NCBI GenBank assembly: GCA_040954595.2
Contig: CM082598.2
Coordinates: 6,711,097-6,775,096 of the forward strand
Reading direction: 5' to 3'
Length of the DNA: 64,000 nucleotides
DNA from: Balanoglossus misakiensis
Taxonomy: Eukaryota; Animalia; Hemichordata
Shown here: positions 11,915 through 24,357 of the stretch, piece after piece
How the letters are laid out: the number at the start of each line of letters is the position of its first letter
Numbering within the stretch: the stretch's first letter is position 1
Notes under the pieces: generated by a model
What the model saw: only the letters and a program-made list of their open reading frames with translations
Told to the model about the DNA's origin: nothing
Databases searched by the model: none
Program-made: the position numbers and the translations under genes

Positions 11915-14900
11915 CTGTCTGATTGAACTTTGAGTTTTCTTAGGACCTGAATATCGCTCCAACAAATGGTCTGCTTTCAGATGTGGAGTTGAGCGCTGGT
12001 GATAGTTTTGGCTATTCTGTTCTCTCACTTTGGCTGTTCTGTTCTCTGTTTTGTCTGATCTCGTACACATTAGCTGGAAACTACTGGTCAGATTTCTTTG
12101 AAAATTGGTATGCATATATCTTCTGCCAACATCACAGAGCCCTATAAGTTTTGACCTTATATCGTGAATTTTCTACTTTTTATGACTTTTGTCATTTTTC
12201 CACATCTTCTATGAAAGTGATTGGCCGATTTCTCTATAAAAAAAATCAGTATAAAGCTTCCTATAGGTGATCTTTGTTTTTTTTTCAAATTGTTGCTAAG
12301 TTTGCGTATTTGTTATTATGGGCCAAATTTTGCAATTTTTGGTCAAAAATCGTTTTCTCGGAAACTGCTTGTCAGATTGCTTTGAAAATTGGTAGGCATG
12401 TTTTCAGGGTCAAGCAATTGTGAGTTTTTTTAAAATTTTGCTGAAATGTGCATATTTATGTTCTTGAGGTAGGGCCTAACTGTTGCAATTTTTCGTCAGA
12501 AGTTTTTGTCCTTGAAACCACTTGTTAGATTGCTTTGAACTTTGGTAAGCATGTTCCTCATACTGATTGATGCAATTTTGGTGATGTTTAAATATTTGAG
12601 TTTGGCAGTTTTGGGACAGTTTTTTGAAATTAGGTCATATCAGCTTGTGTGGTATTAGGTCAATAACAAAAAATTAAGTCCAAACGTTGGCCACGCATCC
12701 TACTTAGAGCACAAGTATGAAAATACGACCAGTTTGTGTTACGTTACCTGCTTACATTAAGAAGTAACAGCGCCCACAAGTTAGGTTTTTAGAAAATTGG
12801 ATCAAATTCATGATGAGTCGAATGGAATCAACGTACGTTTATTCCAGCTGGTAGCACTTTATCGACTGCAAAGTCGTTTTGTTAGATGGGTAAAATTTAA
12901 GACCACTCGACCAATGCAGAGCGAAGTTTAATTGATTTGAAGTTGTCAAAATCGCCGAAACAAAGCAAGAAAATGGCAATTTGCGCTGTCGACATATTTC
13001 TTCTCCTGCCTCGAATTATTGATCCCATGACCCCCCCCCCCCTCCCCGCGCCCGAAAAAAATATACATCAACCATCATTTAACTCGACTGTGAATCGGAG
13101 ATGAAATCAAACTCGACGATGGAAAAGCAGCCGATTCCGAGATAAACGCATCCCGATAGGATGAGAACTCCGCCATGTGACTTCATCTAATTTCTTTGCA
13201 TGCAAACATGGGTGGGTTGTACTTTGGTAATGTGTTTACAAAGCAAAGTTAAGACATAAGTCCGAACATGACCGTGGTCCGAAGCTTGGACTCTCTTATC
13301 AAACAGAGCAGTACAGTGTGTGGAGACATCGCCCGTAAGACACACCACCGGCCCTGCCACACTGAGCTGCAATATGCTCTTGGCTCTCAGCCGTCCCAGT
13401 CGGTAGCAAGTCGTTACGGCACTTAACATTTATCAGTTCGGCCTGTAATGTACGCGACCCCGGCCGTGTCGGCCTAGCCGCAAACCGATTCTTCAATTTG
13501 CAGTTCAGTAAAGTTGGCGAACGGGATAGTCTGTTAACGGAAAACGCAGGCCTATACACAGTGCTGGCGAACGGGTGAAAAAAGGCCACAATAAAAGCGA
13601 GCGTGTTGTCAGATCAGTGGGACAAGCATAACACGAATACATAACGTGTGGAAGCGCTAGGCCTAATTTTCTCCTGAGAAAGTTCAATTCGTGTTGTGTC
13701 GATGTGAAATTGCGTTCATTTAATGCTTTTTGTAATAACACTTACGACTCTCATTTATGGTGCGATTTTAATTTGTATAATATCCGGAATATCATCGTAT
13801 GTCACAATAATTCACTTCGAAGACTTCTTGGTCACCCCGAACACGAAAGTGCCTCTAAAATATTTGTTCTAAACGCCGTAAACTGCTTCTCCGTCATGAG
13901 AAGAAAAGTCGCTTTTAATTTTTCTGTTCGTCTCTGTACTAGTCCCAATGTTTTGATCAATCGTCTTGTCTCATGAGATATGCGCTTTTATGGACTACAT
14001 GCCCACTGGATTGACATTTTACATTGATTCTTAAAACTATTATATTTTTTACATTTATTTTATTTATTACTTTTCTAGTGTTTTTGTCAGTTTTAGTAAC
14101 CTATTTCTATGGACGGTTGTGTCTGAAATAAAGATAAATAATAAGCATAATAATAATAAAATAATAATTACGATCCCGAGATTACGATAAGCGTAGGGGC
14201 ATTATAACGAGCCAACGTGAAACTGACATGGAAACAATCGAAAGTACGGTAGAGCGAGCGTGTTGCTGTGCGGGAGGCATTTACCATGTTTGTTTACAAC
14301 ATACACCGACTTGACCTGTGGCCGCAGTTGCAGCCTCCTCGACGCGACCTAACCCAAGCAGTTTACGATCTCGGGTATCGTGGTCTGACTGACCAAAATG
14401 ACACAGAAAGAGAAACACATTAGGAAATATTATAGCTCTGTTTCCTCGAAGTCGAATAAGTGTTCACAACACAAGGCACATCAAACCCGTTGCTCAGACA
14501 TCGGAAGTTTGCAGTTCGCTTGCCTGGTTTGAAATGCGTGGCTGTGGTAGAAATTACCCACTGTGCCCCCCCCCCCCCCCCCGATTTTTATTGTGTAGAC
14601 AATGATGCACTCACACTCAAGAAGCACATGAGATATTCTTTCGAATGCGAGCATGTTCCAGAGCGTTCTAAAGAAATAAAATATGCAGCTGTAGCATGTA
14701 TGCATATTCATTAGTGTGTCGTAATGCTAACTTTGGTCTGTGATTGGGTAACAGGTCCTACTCACCATAACAACAGGTGATCATTGATCCGTTTCCGGTG
14801 TGCGAAGCCGGGTTTCGACCACTTTCCTTCTAACTGCCGCGGGATCAAGACGTCTTTTCGGTAGGCTCATAATACAATCATTGCTTTTAGTACAATAGCC

Positions 14901-16275
14901 TATTTAGCTATGTTACCGTCGCTCGATTGTTTTGTCTGGTATTGATTTGCAGCTATCCGTACAACACCTTGTAGTTGAACAGAAGTAGGTCTTATTCCAG
15001 AAAATAAAATCCGAGCTACGGGCGTGCAGCTAGCCATGCCTCTCGGCTTGTCTAGGTATGGCTGCGCTGCTGACCAGGAAGTCATAATCGATTAAGTCCA
15101 GTCATATTTAAAGGGTTATATTTTGTGAGAATTTCATTGCTAGGCCTCTTGCCTAAGCGCACGTAGGGTCGGTTTGTGAGTTTGAAATAATGGCAGCGAT
15201 GCAGGATTTTTAGTGTCAAAATAGTCGACCATACTGTCGAACGGTTGTGCCAAAATGGCACGTCTGTGTGGCGACATAAGGTACGGGTAGAACGTTTTTC
15301 TCCGGAAAGTCTCTTTGCTGGTCGACAGAACGACAGTTCCATACGTATAGTCTTTATTTAGCGGAAGGTCGGAAGACCACGGTATCTTTCCATACATAAT
15401 TCCATACGTTCTTTGAGGTTTTTATATGAGACAACTCGGTGTTTGCAAGTTTTTTTTTTTTAACTTTACGGTTTAAACGTGGTTGGTGTATTTTCGCTTT
15501 TCTGTTTGTTGTTTTCGTAACCTTTTCACTGTTTACATGTGGTTGGCGTATTTTCGCTTTTCTGGTGAGATTTCCACCTCTCCATTGGCATACTTAAAAA
15601 ATTATCCTAATTTTTATTGGGAAAACCGATAAAACCAAAACCACATATAAAGAAAATGTCTTAAACATTTTAACTCGGGCATTGTAATCTGTTTGTTGGT
15701 TTTTAGCTTTGAGAGATAACCAATTTGATGTTTTAGTAAAGCCAATTTTTTGACCAGGGTGACAAGCATTTTTTCTCCAAGAGTCGTGTTGCTTTGAAGC
15801 ATACTTTTGTATGTGTGGTCCCAGTTGATGAAAACGTGGTTGATGAAAAATGTGCATATTTATAACTTTGTAGCAATTTTTGCCATTTTTGGTCAAAATT
15901 CGTTTTCTCTAAAACCGCTTGTGAGATTGCTTTCAAATGTTGTAGGTCTGTTCCTTGGGGATAATTAAATGAGATGATTAAAAAAAATACTTGAAATTTA
16001 CATATTTGCGTTTTGTGTATGAAAGTTGTGGAATTTTTCATCAAAAATTATTTTCTTTCAAACTGCATGCCATATTGCCTTGAGCTTTGGTAGGCATCTT
16101 CCCTGAGGCGATTGAAGTAAGATATTATACAATTTTGGAGAAAATACTGATTTTTCTGAAACTGCATATGGGATTTCTTTGAAATTTGATAGGAATATTC
16201 CAATGGGTAACCAAAGTTTTTGTCTGATTGTGTTGATTACCCTATACTGAGACTCACTAAGTACACTATATGTTT
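11915..16275 (+). mobile_element. Old HINE/Helentron-like element(s) with diverged ~100-150-bp internal repeats (12070-12620 and 15850-16250), separated by ~3.2 kb of CpG-rich sequence
   Basis: Recurrent aaactgcttgtcagattgctttgaaa.ttggtaggcatgtt motif at ~12361, 12514, 15910, 16060, 16157. Confidence 0.45.
13660..14168 (+). mobile_element. 5'-truncated non-LTR retrotransposon 3' fragment
   Basis: Frame NFLLRKFNSC..VKLRSFNAFC..YDSHLW...HNNSLRRLLG.P...SASKIF....V..F....RK....F..RL..S.N.LI resembles the post-RT region of APE-type LINEs; ends in aataaa and an (AAT)n tail at 14127-14168. Confidence 0.75.
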
Positions 16276-19200
16276 ATATTACTAGGGAGTTCAGAATCCA
16301 ATATGGCCACCATACGAACTGGGACATACTGTGTAATTTGATTGATTTCTAAACTTGTCCTATTTTAATTTCTCGATCTTGCAAATAAAAATAAAATGCC
16401 AAAAACTGAGTAACTTTCGTTTCTTCCCGCTTGTTAACGTCATATGTTGGTGTTGTCCATTAAAGTCTTTTTCCTCCCACTGGGAAAGTGGCTAGATTTT
16501 ACATTTTCTTAGCATTTCATTGACTTGTGTATAATTAAAATTTCAGTTATATATTCTAATTTGAGTTTAGGTAGAGTATGCATGGAATTAAAGTAATTAT
16601 TCTGTAATTACCCAACTAATGGATATTTTGATTGTCAATTTGCACAGGCAACATTATTGAAGTAGCATGAAGAGTAGTTGATAATATAGCAGAGCTTCTA
16701 ACTGGAAAGAAGAGCTTAGTAAATTTTTCAGCTCATAATATTCCTTTAACCAATGAACTTTATATGAACTTGCACATCTGCGTTAAATATACATGGATTA
16801 ATGTTCAGGAAACCTTACCAGCTCTAGTACATTTATTTCAGCCAGAAATTGAATTACCAAAAAAATCAGTAATTTCATAAAGACACAGTCAGAAAAGAAA
16901 TAGAGAAAGCCAGCAAAGAAGGGAGAAAAGTGGAATACATGACAGACACAGTTTGCTTAAAATACGTGTGTATGCAGTAAAACTGTATGGTGCAACAGCG
17001 TCCATTTTTATGATTTATAGCCAGCCAGTCTTTCCATGCATATCATACCAAAATTTAATATGAAATTTTTGTTAATGTTAATAGTCTACAAGGATAGTAC
17101 AGGTAACATGTAGAAATTAAACTATCCAACTTTCTCCATTTTTGATATCCGCTCGACACAGGCAAGCAAAAGGGCCGATCTGAGACTTTGACTTGAATGA
17201 TGGCAATTTTTGATGTCCGGAAGTAACTGTATAACATTTTTTTGGTAGTAATATCAGCTTTATGATTGCTAAAATACACAAGAATTTAAATATTTCCACT
17301 TACTACAGTAATTGAACTGATTTTCAGCAAATTGCAGTGTATAAACAAATATTGCCATCTAATGAAATGTCAACCCAATATGGCTGCCCATTTGCAATGG
17401 TAAAATGCTAGGTTTACCATATTTGAGCGCCTGGGAATTTTTAATTATAATCCAGATATCAAAAACTTAAGTCACTATCTGTATCTGCACATATATTGTA
17501 ATATAATCTGAAAATTTCGTGAAAATTAGATAAAACATGATTGAGACACGGAACATCAAACATTGCAAATTTTCATATTTTACCATGTTGCCATGCAAAA
17601 AATAGAGAGATTTTTTTACAAGTTTAGATGATCTCCTGTAAAACTGAAAGAAGTAATCTTCTGTGAATCTTGCATTTTTATGTTGGAACCATGCTAACTG
17701 CTTTGGTCCCTTCAATGCTGCTTTTAGTAAATGTTTTAATTGTCCGGCCATATTGGATTTTCGGATAACCTTTAAAAGTTGACATTTTTTTTCAAAAACT
17801 ACAGGGCCAATCAAGTTCTAATTTACTGTGCGGTTCAATGTTTGACAATAATATCATTAGTGGTCATGTGGCTTTGGATTTTTGAAAAAATATCATTAAA
17901 AAAATTTCAAAAATCTATTTCTAATCAAGTTTTCAAGTAAATTGTGATTGGGTAAACCTTATTGAAGCCAAATTGGATTTTCTGATCTCCGATAAAAGAC
18001 TAAAATTTCCTATTTCTAGCCTGCTCATTGAAACCACACAAATTCTTTTTATGGATATGAGTCACCATATGACCAGAATATATCACAATTATTAGACTAC
18101 TTTCACATGTTCTTTGATCAAGTTTTTACAGAACTTGATTAACAATTTGTTTGCGACTCTCGCATGTCCTTTGATCCAGTAATTCCAGAACTTATTTTAT
18201 GTGGATATGCCTCTTGTTAAAAAGCACAACAGTCATGATTTTGTTCACATGAGTACTACTGCTGCCAGGACATAACCCAAATCTTTTGATAATTTTGGCA
18301 ATGACCTTTGATCTACTATCCCATGCCTTGGAATATACAGCAGATACAGCCTTCAAATTTGGTGGACTGGAACACCTAATGAAGTTTTAAACTTTAACAC
18401 AATAATTTTGTACATAATCTATTTCAAGTTAACCAAAAAGGCTTAGAAGTCTATTTTCTGTTGGACACAGCTCAGTTTGATATCAAAATTTGTTGGCCCA
18501 AATTTGCGTGACCTCTGGCTTACTTACCATTTCTCAGCATCCATAACAGATAAAGCCTTTGCTTTCTGTTGGAACCATGCTAATCGCTTTGGTCCCTCCA
18601 ATGGTGCTTTTAGTAAATGTTTTAATTGTCTTCTTCATGGCGGCCATATTGGATTTTCGGATAACCTTTAAAAGTTGACATTTTTTTCAACAACTACAGG
18701 GCCAATCAAGTTCTAATTTACTGTGCGGTTCAATGTTTGACAATAATATCAGTAGTGGTCATGTGGCTTTGTATGCATAATTAGATTTTTGAAAAATATA
18801 AAAAAAAATTCAAAAATCTATTTCTAATGAAGTTTTCAAGTGAATTGTGATTAGTTTAACCTTATTGGAGCCAAATTGGATTTTCTGATCTCCGATAAAA
18901 GACTAAAATTTCCTAATTCTAGCCTACTCATTGAAACCACACATTCTTTTTATGGATACGAGTCACCATGTGACCAGAATATATCACAATTATTAGACTA
19001 CTTTCACATATCCTTAATCAAGTTTTTACAGAACTCGATTAAACAATTTGTTTGCGACTCTCGCATGTCCTTTGATCCAGTAATTCCAGAACTTATTTTA
19101 TGTGGATATGCCTCTTGTTAAAAAGCACAGCTGTCATGATTTTGTTCACATGAGTACTACTGCTGCCAGGACATAACCCAAATCTCTTGATAATTTTGGC

Positions 19201-20653
19201 AATGACCTTTGATCTACTATCCCATGCCTTGGAATGTACAGCAGATACAGCCTTCAAATTTGGTGGACTGGAACACCTAATGAAGTATTAAACTTTAACA
19301 CAATAATTTTGTACATAAGCTATTTCAAGTAAACACATAGAGCTTACAAGTCTGGTTTTTGTTGGACACTGATCAGTTTAAGATCAAAAATTTGTGTCAC
19401 AATTATGGTGACCTCTGGCTTACTTTACCATTTCTTGGCATCCACAACAAAACAGCTTTTGCTTTCTGTTGGAACCATGCTAACCGCTTGGGCCCATCCC
19501 ATTTCTTCTTAATGGCGGCCATATTGGATATTCTGATAACCCTTAAAAATTGACATCTTTTCAACAACTACAAGGCAAATCAAGTTCAAATTTACTGTGC
19601 GGTTCAATGTTTGACAATAATATCATTAGTGGTCATGTCACTTTGGTTGTCATATTGGATTTTTGAAAAATCTCATGAAAAATTTCACAAATCTTCTTCT
19701 AATCAAGTTTTCAAGTGAATTTTGATTGGTTTAACCTAATTAAAGCCAAATAGGATTTTCTAAACACATGATTTAAAAAAAATCCTATTTCTAGCCTACA
19801 CAAATCCTTTATAAAATAGATAGGAGTCACCATATGACCAGATTATGTTACAATTTTTGGGCAACTTTCGAATGTCCTTTGATCCATTTTTTCCAGAACT
19901 TAATTGTACGTGGATATGCTTCTTGTTAAAAAGCACAACAGTCATGATTTTGTTCACATGAGTACTACTGCTGCCAAGAAATAACCAAATTTTTTTGCTA
20001 ATTTTGGCAATGATTTTTGATCTACTTTTCCATAAGTTGGCATGCACAGCGGATACAGCCTTCAAATTTGGTGGACTGGAACACCTAATGAAGTATTAAA
20101 CTTTAACACAATAATTTTGTACATAATCTAATTTAAGTTAACCAATAGAGCTTAGAAATCTGTTTTTTTGTTGGACACTGATCAGTTTGATATCAAATTT
20201 TGTTAGCACATTTTTGCATGACCTCTGGCTTACTTTACCATTTCTTGGCATCCACAACAGAAACAGGCTTTGCTTTCTTTTGGAACCATGCTTACCACTT
20301 TGGTCCCTCCAATGCAGCATGTTGCTTTAATTGTCTTCTTCATGGTTGCCATATTGGATTTTTTGGAGATGCGTTTAACGTCAGAGTTGGAAGTTTTGTT
20401 TAGTAAAGTTTGGGAAGTGACATGTCTTCAAAGTGACTGATGTTATCTGCTAAGAGCTGAATGCCCATGGGTGTTCTTTCCTAGATTTTACATTTTCTTA
20501 GCATTTTATAGACCTGTGTATAACTATAATCTTAGTAATATATTCTAATTTGAGTTTAGGTAGAGTATGCATGGAATTAAAGTAATTATTCTGTAATTAC
20601 GCAACCAAATATGTTGTCTAACTAATGGATATTTTGATTGTCAATTTGCACAG

Positions 20654-20913
20654 GCAACATTATTGAAGTAGCATTGAGAGTAGTTGATAATATAGCAGAG
20701 CTTCTAACTGGAAAGAAGAGCTTAGTAAATTTATCAGCTCATAATATTCCTTTAACCAATGAACTTTATATGAACTTGCACACCTGCGTTAAAGATACAG
20801 GGATTAATGTTCAGGAAACCTTACCAGCTCTAGTACAATTTTTTGAGCCAGAAATTGAATTACCCCCCCCCCCCCCCCCCCCAAAGAAAAAAAAAAAATC
20901 AGTAATTTCATAA
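20654..20913 (+). other. Exon-like ORF in the cargo segment (GNIIEVALRVVDNIAELL...ETLPALV..F.PEIELP); copies at ~16650, 20654, 25494, 28398, 31282; product unknown
   Basis: Preceded by a ctaactaat branch-like motif and ttgcacag acceptor; ~80 open codons in four copies, nonsense change in copy 1. Confidence 0.4.
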
Positions 20914-23900
20914 AGACATAGTCAGAAAAGAAATAGAGAAAGCCAGCAAGGAAGGGAGAAAAGTGGAATACATGAAAGACACAGTTTGCTTAAAATACGT
21001 GTGTTTGCAGTAAAACTGTATGGTGCAACGGCGTCCATTTTTATGATTTATAGCCAGCCAGTCTTTCCATGCATATCATACCAAAATTTAATATGACATT
21101 CTTGTTAATGTTAATAGTCTACAAGGGTAGTACAGGTAACATGTAGAAATTAAACTATCCAACTTTCTCCACTTTTGATATCTGCTCGACACAGGCAAGC
21201 AAAAGGGCCGATCTGTGACTTTGACTTGAATGATGGCAATTTTTGCTGTCCAGAAGTAACTGTATAACATTTTTTTGGTAGTAATATCATCTTTATGATT
21301 GCTAAAATACACAAGAATTTAAATATTTCCACTTACTACAGTGATTGAACTGATTTTCAGCAAATTGCAGTGTATAAACAAATATTGCCATCTAATGAAA
21401 TGTCAACCCAATATGGCCGCCCATTTGCAATGGTAAAATGCTAGGTTTACCATATTTGAGCACCTGGGAATTAAATTATAATCCAGATATCAAAAACATA
21501 AGTCACTATCTGTATCTGCAAATATATTGTAATATAATCTGAAAATTTCGTGAAAATTAGATCAAACATGATTGAGACACGGAACATCAAACATTGCAAA
21601 TTTTCATATTTTACCATGGTGCCATGCAAAAATATAGAGATTTTTTTTTACAAGTTTAGATGATCTCCTGTAAAACTGAAAGAAGTAATCTTCTGTGAAT
21701 CTTGCATTTTTTATGTTGGAACCATGCTAACCACTTTGGTCCCTCCAATGCTTCTTTTAGTAAATGTTTTAATTGTCTTCTTCATGGCGGCCATATTGAA
21801 TTTTCGGATAACCTTTAAAAGTTGACATTTTTTTCTAAAACTACAGGGCCAATCAAGTTCTAATTTACTGTGCGGTTCAATGTTTGACAATAATATCATT
21901 AGTGGTCATGTGGCTTTGGATTTTTGAAAAATATCATAAAAAAATTTCAAAAATCTATTTCTAATCAAGTTTTCATGTAAATTGTGATTAGGTAAACCTT
22001 ATTAGAGCCAAATTTGATTTTCTGATCTCCGATAAAAGACTAAAATTTCCTATTTCTAGCCTGCTCATTGAAACCACACAAATTCTTTTTATGGATATGA
22101 GTCACCATATGACCAGAATATGTCACAAGTATTAGAATACTTTCACATGTTCTTTGATCAAGTTTTTACAGAACTTGATTAAACAATTTGTTTGCGACTC
22201 TCGCATGTCCTTTGATCCAGTAATTCCAGAACTTATTTTATGTGGATATGCCTCTTGTTAAAAAGCACAACAGTCATGATTTTGTTCACATGAGTACTAC
22301 TGCTGCCAGGACATAACCCAAATCTTTTGATAATTTTGGCAATGACCTTTGATCTACTATCCCATGCCTTGGAATGTACAGCAGATATAGCCTTCAAATT
22401 TGTTGGACTGGAACACCTAATGAAGTATTAAACTTTAATACAATAATTTTGTACATAAGCTATTTCAAGTAAACAAATAGAGCTTAGAAGTCTGGTTTTT
22501 GTTGGACAATAATTTTGTACATAAGCTATTTCAAGTAAACAAATAGAGCTTAGAAGTCTGGTTTGTGTTGGACACTGATCAGTTTAAGATCAAAAATTTG
22601 TGTCACAATTTTGCGTGACCTCTGGCTTACTTTAACATTTCTTGGCATCCACAACAAAACAGCCTTTGCTTTCTGTTGGAACCATGCTAACCGCTTGGGC
22701 CCGTCCAATTTCTTCTTAATGGCGGCCATATTGGATATTCTGATAACCCTTAAAAATTGACATCTTTTCAACAACTACAAGGCAAATCAAGTTCAAATTT
22801 ACTGTGCGGTTCAATGTTTGACAATAGTATCATTAGTGGTCATGTCACCTTGGTTGTCATATTGGATTTTTGAAAAATCTCATGAAAAATTTCACAAATC
22901 TTTTTCTAATCAAGTTTTCAAGTGAATTGTAATTGGTTTAACCTCATTAAAGCCAAATCAGATTTTCTAAACACACAATTTAAAAAAATCCTATTTCTAG
23001 CCTACACAAATCCTTTAAATAGATACGAGTCACCATATGACCAGATTATGTTACAATTGTTGGGCAACTTTCGAATGTCCTTTGATCCATTTTTTTCCAG
23101 AACTTAATTGTATGTTGTTTTGCTTCTTGTTAAAAGGCACAACAGTCATGATTTTGTTCACATGAGTACTACTGCTGCCAGGAAATAACCCAAATCTTTT
23201 GATAATTTTGGCAATGACCTTTGATCTACTATCCCATGCCTTGGCATGTACAGCAGATACAGCCTTCAAATTTGGTGGACTGGAACACCTAATGAAGTAT
23301 TAAACTTTCACACATAATTATGTACATAAGCTATTTCAAATTAACCAAAATAGCTCAGAAGTCTGTTTTCTGTTGGACACAGCTCAGTTTGATATCAAAA
23401 TTTGTTGGCCCAAATTTGCATGACCTCTAGCTTACTTACCATTTCTCAGCATCCATAACGGATACAGCCTTTGCTTTCTGTTGGAACCATGCTAACCACT
23501 TTGGTCCCTCCAATGCTGCTTTTAGTAAATGTTTTAATTGTCTTCTTCATGGCGGCCATATTGAATTTTCAGATAACCTTTAAAAGTTGACATTTTTTTC
23601 AAAAACTGCAGGGCCAATCAAGTTCTAATTTACTGTGCGGTTCAATGTTTGACAATAATGTCATTAGTGGTCATGTGGCTTTGGATTTTTGAAAAATATC
23701 ATAAAAAAAATTTCAAAAATCTATTTCTAATCAAGTCTTCAAGTAAATTGTGATTGGGTAAACCTTATTAGAGCCAAATTGGATTTTCTGATCTCCGATA
23801 AAAGACTAAAATTTCCTATTTCTAGCCTGCTCATTGAAACCACACAAATTCTTTTTATGGATATGAGTCACCATATGACCAGAATATGTCACAAGTATTA

Positions 23901-24093
23901 GAATACTTTCACATGTTCTTTGATCAAGTTTTTACAGAACTTGATTAAACAATTTGTTTGCGACTCTCGCATGTCCTTTGATCCAGTAATTCCAGAACTT
24001 ATTTTATGTGGAATTGCCTCTTGTTAAAAAGCACAACAGCCATGATTTTGTTCACATGAGTACTACTACTGCCAGGACATAACCCAAATATTT

Positions 24094-24357
24094 GGCTAGT
24101 TATACTTTGCGAAACAACGAAACAGCGAAACGAAACAGCGAAACGACGAAACCATTATTAAAATAGGGGCCAGTCATCAAGACGGTGGCGTATTATTATT
24201 TTAAAAGTTTCCAAATAAGTTCCTGGTCTGCGGCCTGGTACTAGTGGTTGCGCGCCAAAAAAGAATCCCGCCCCAAAAGGTCAATGTACGAGTATATTCA
24301 CAGGGCTAAGGATTAGTTGAAACAAAGCAGTAGTGTCCGTAATAGAAGCTTTCGAGG
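24094..24357. mobile_element. DNA-transposon terminal fragment inserted in the array
   Basis: ggctagttatactttgcgaaac followed by (cgaaac)-type short repeats; unique within the array and replaces ~170 bp of a unit. Confidence 0.6.

Noticed and set aside
22441-22574. 67-bp local tandem duplication within a unit
   Set aside because: Ordinary slippage at a short microhomology.
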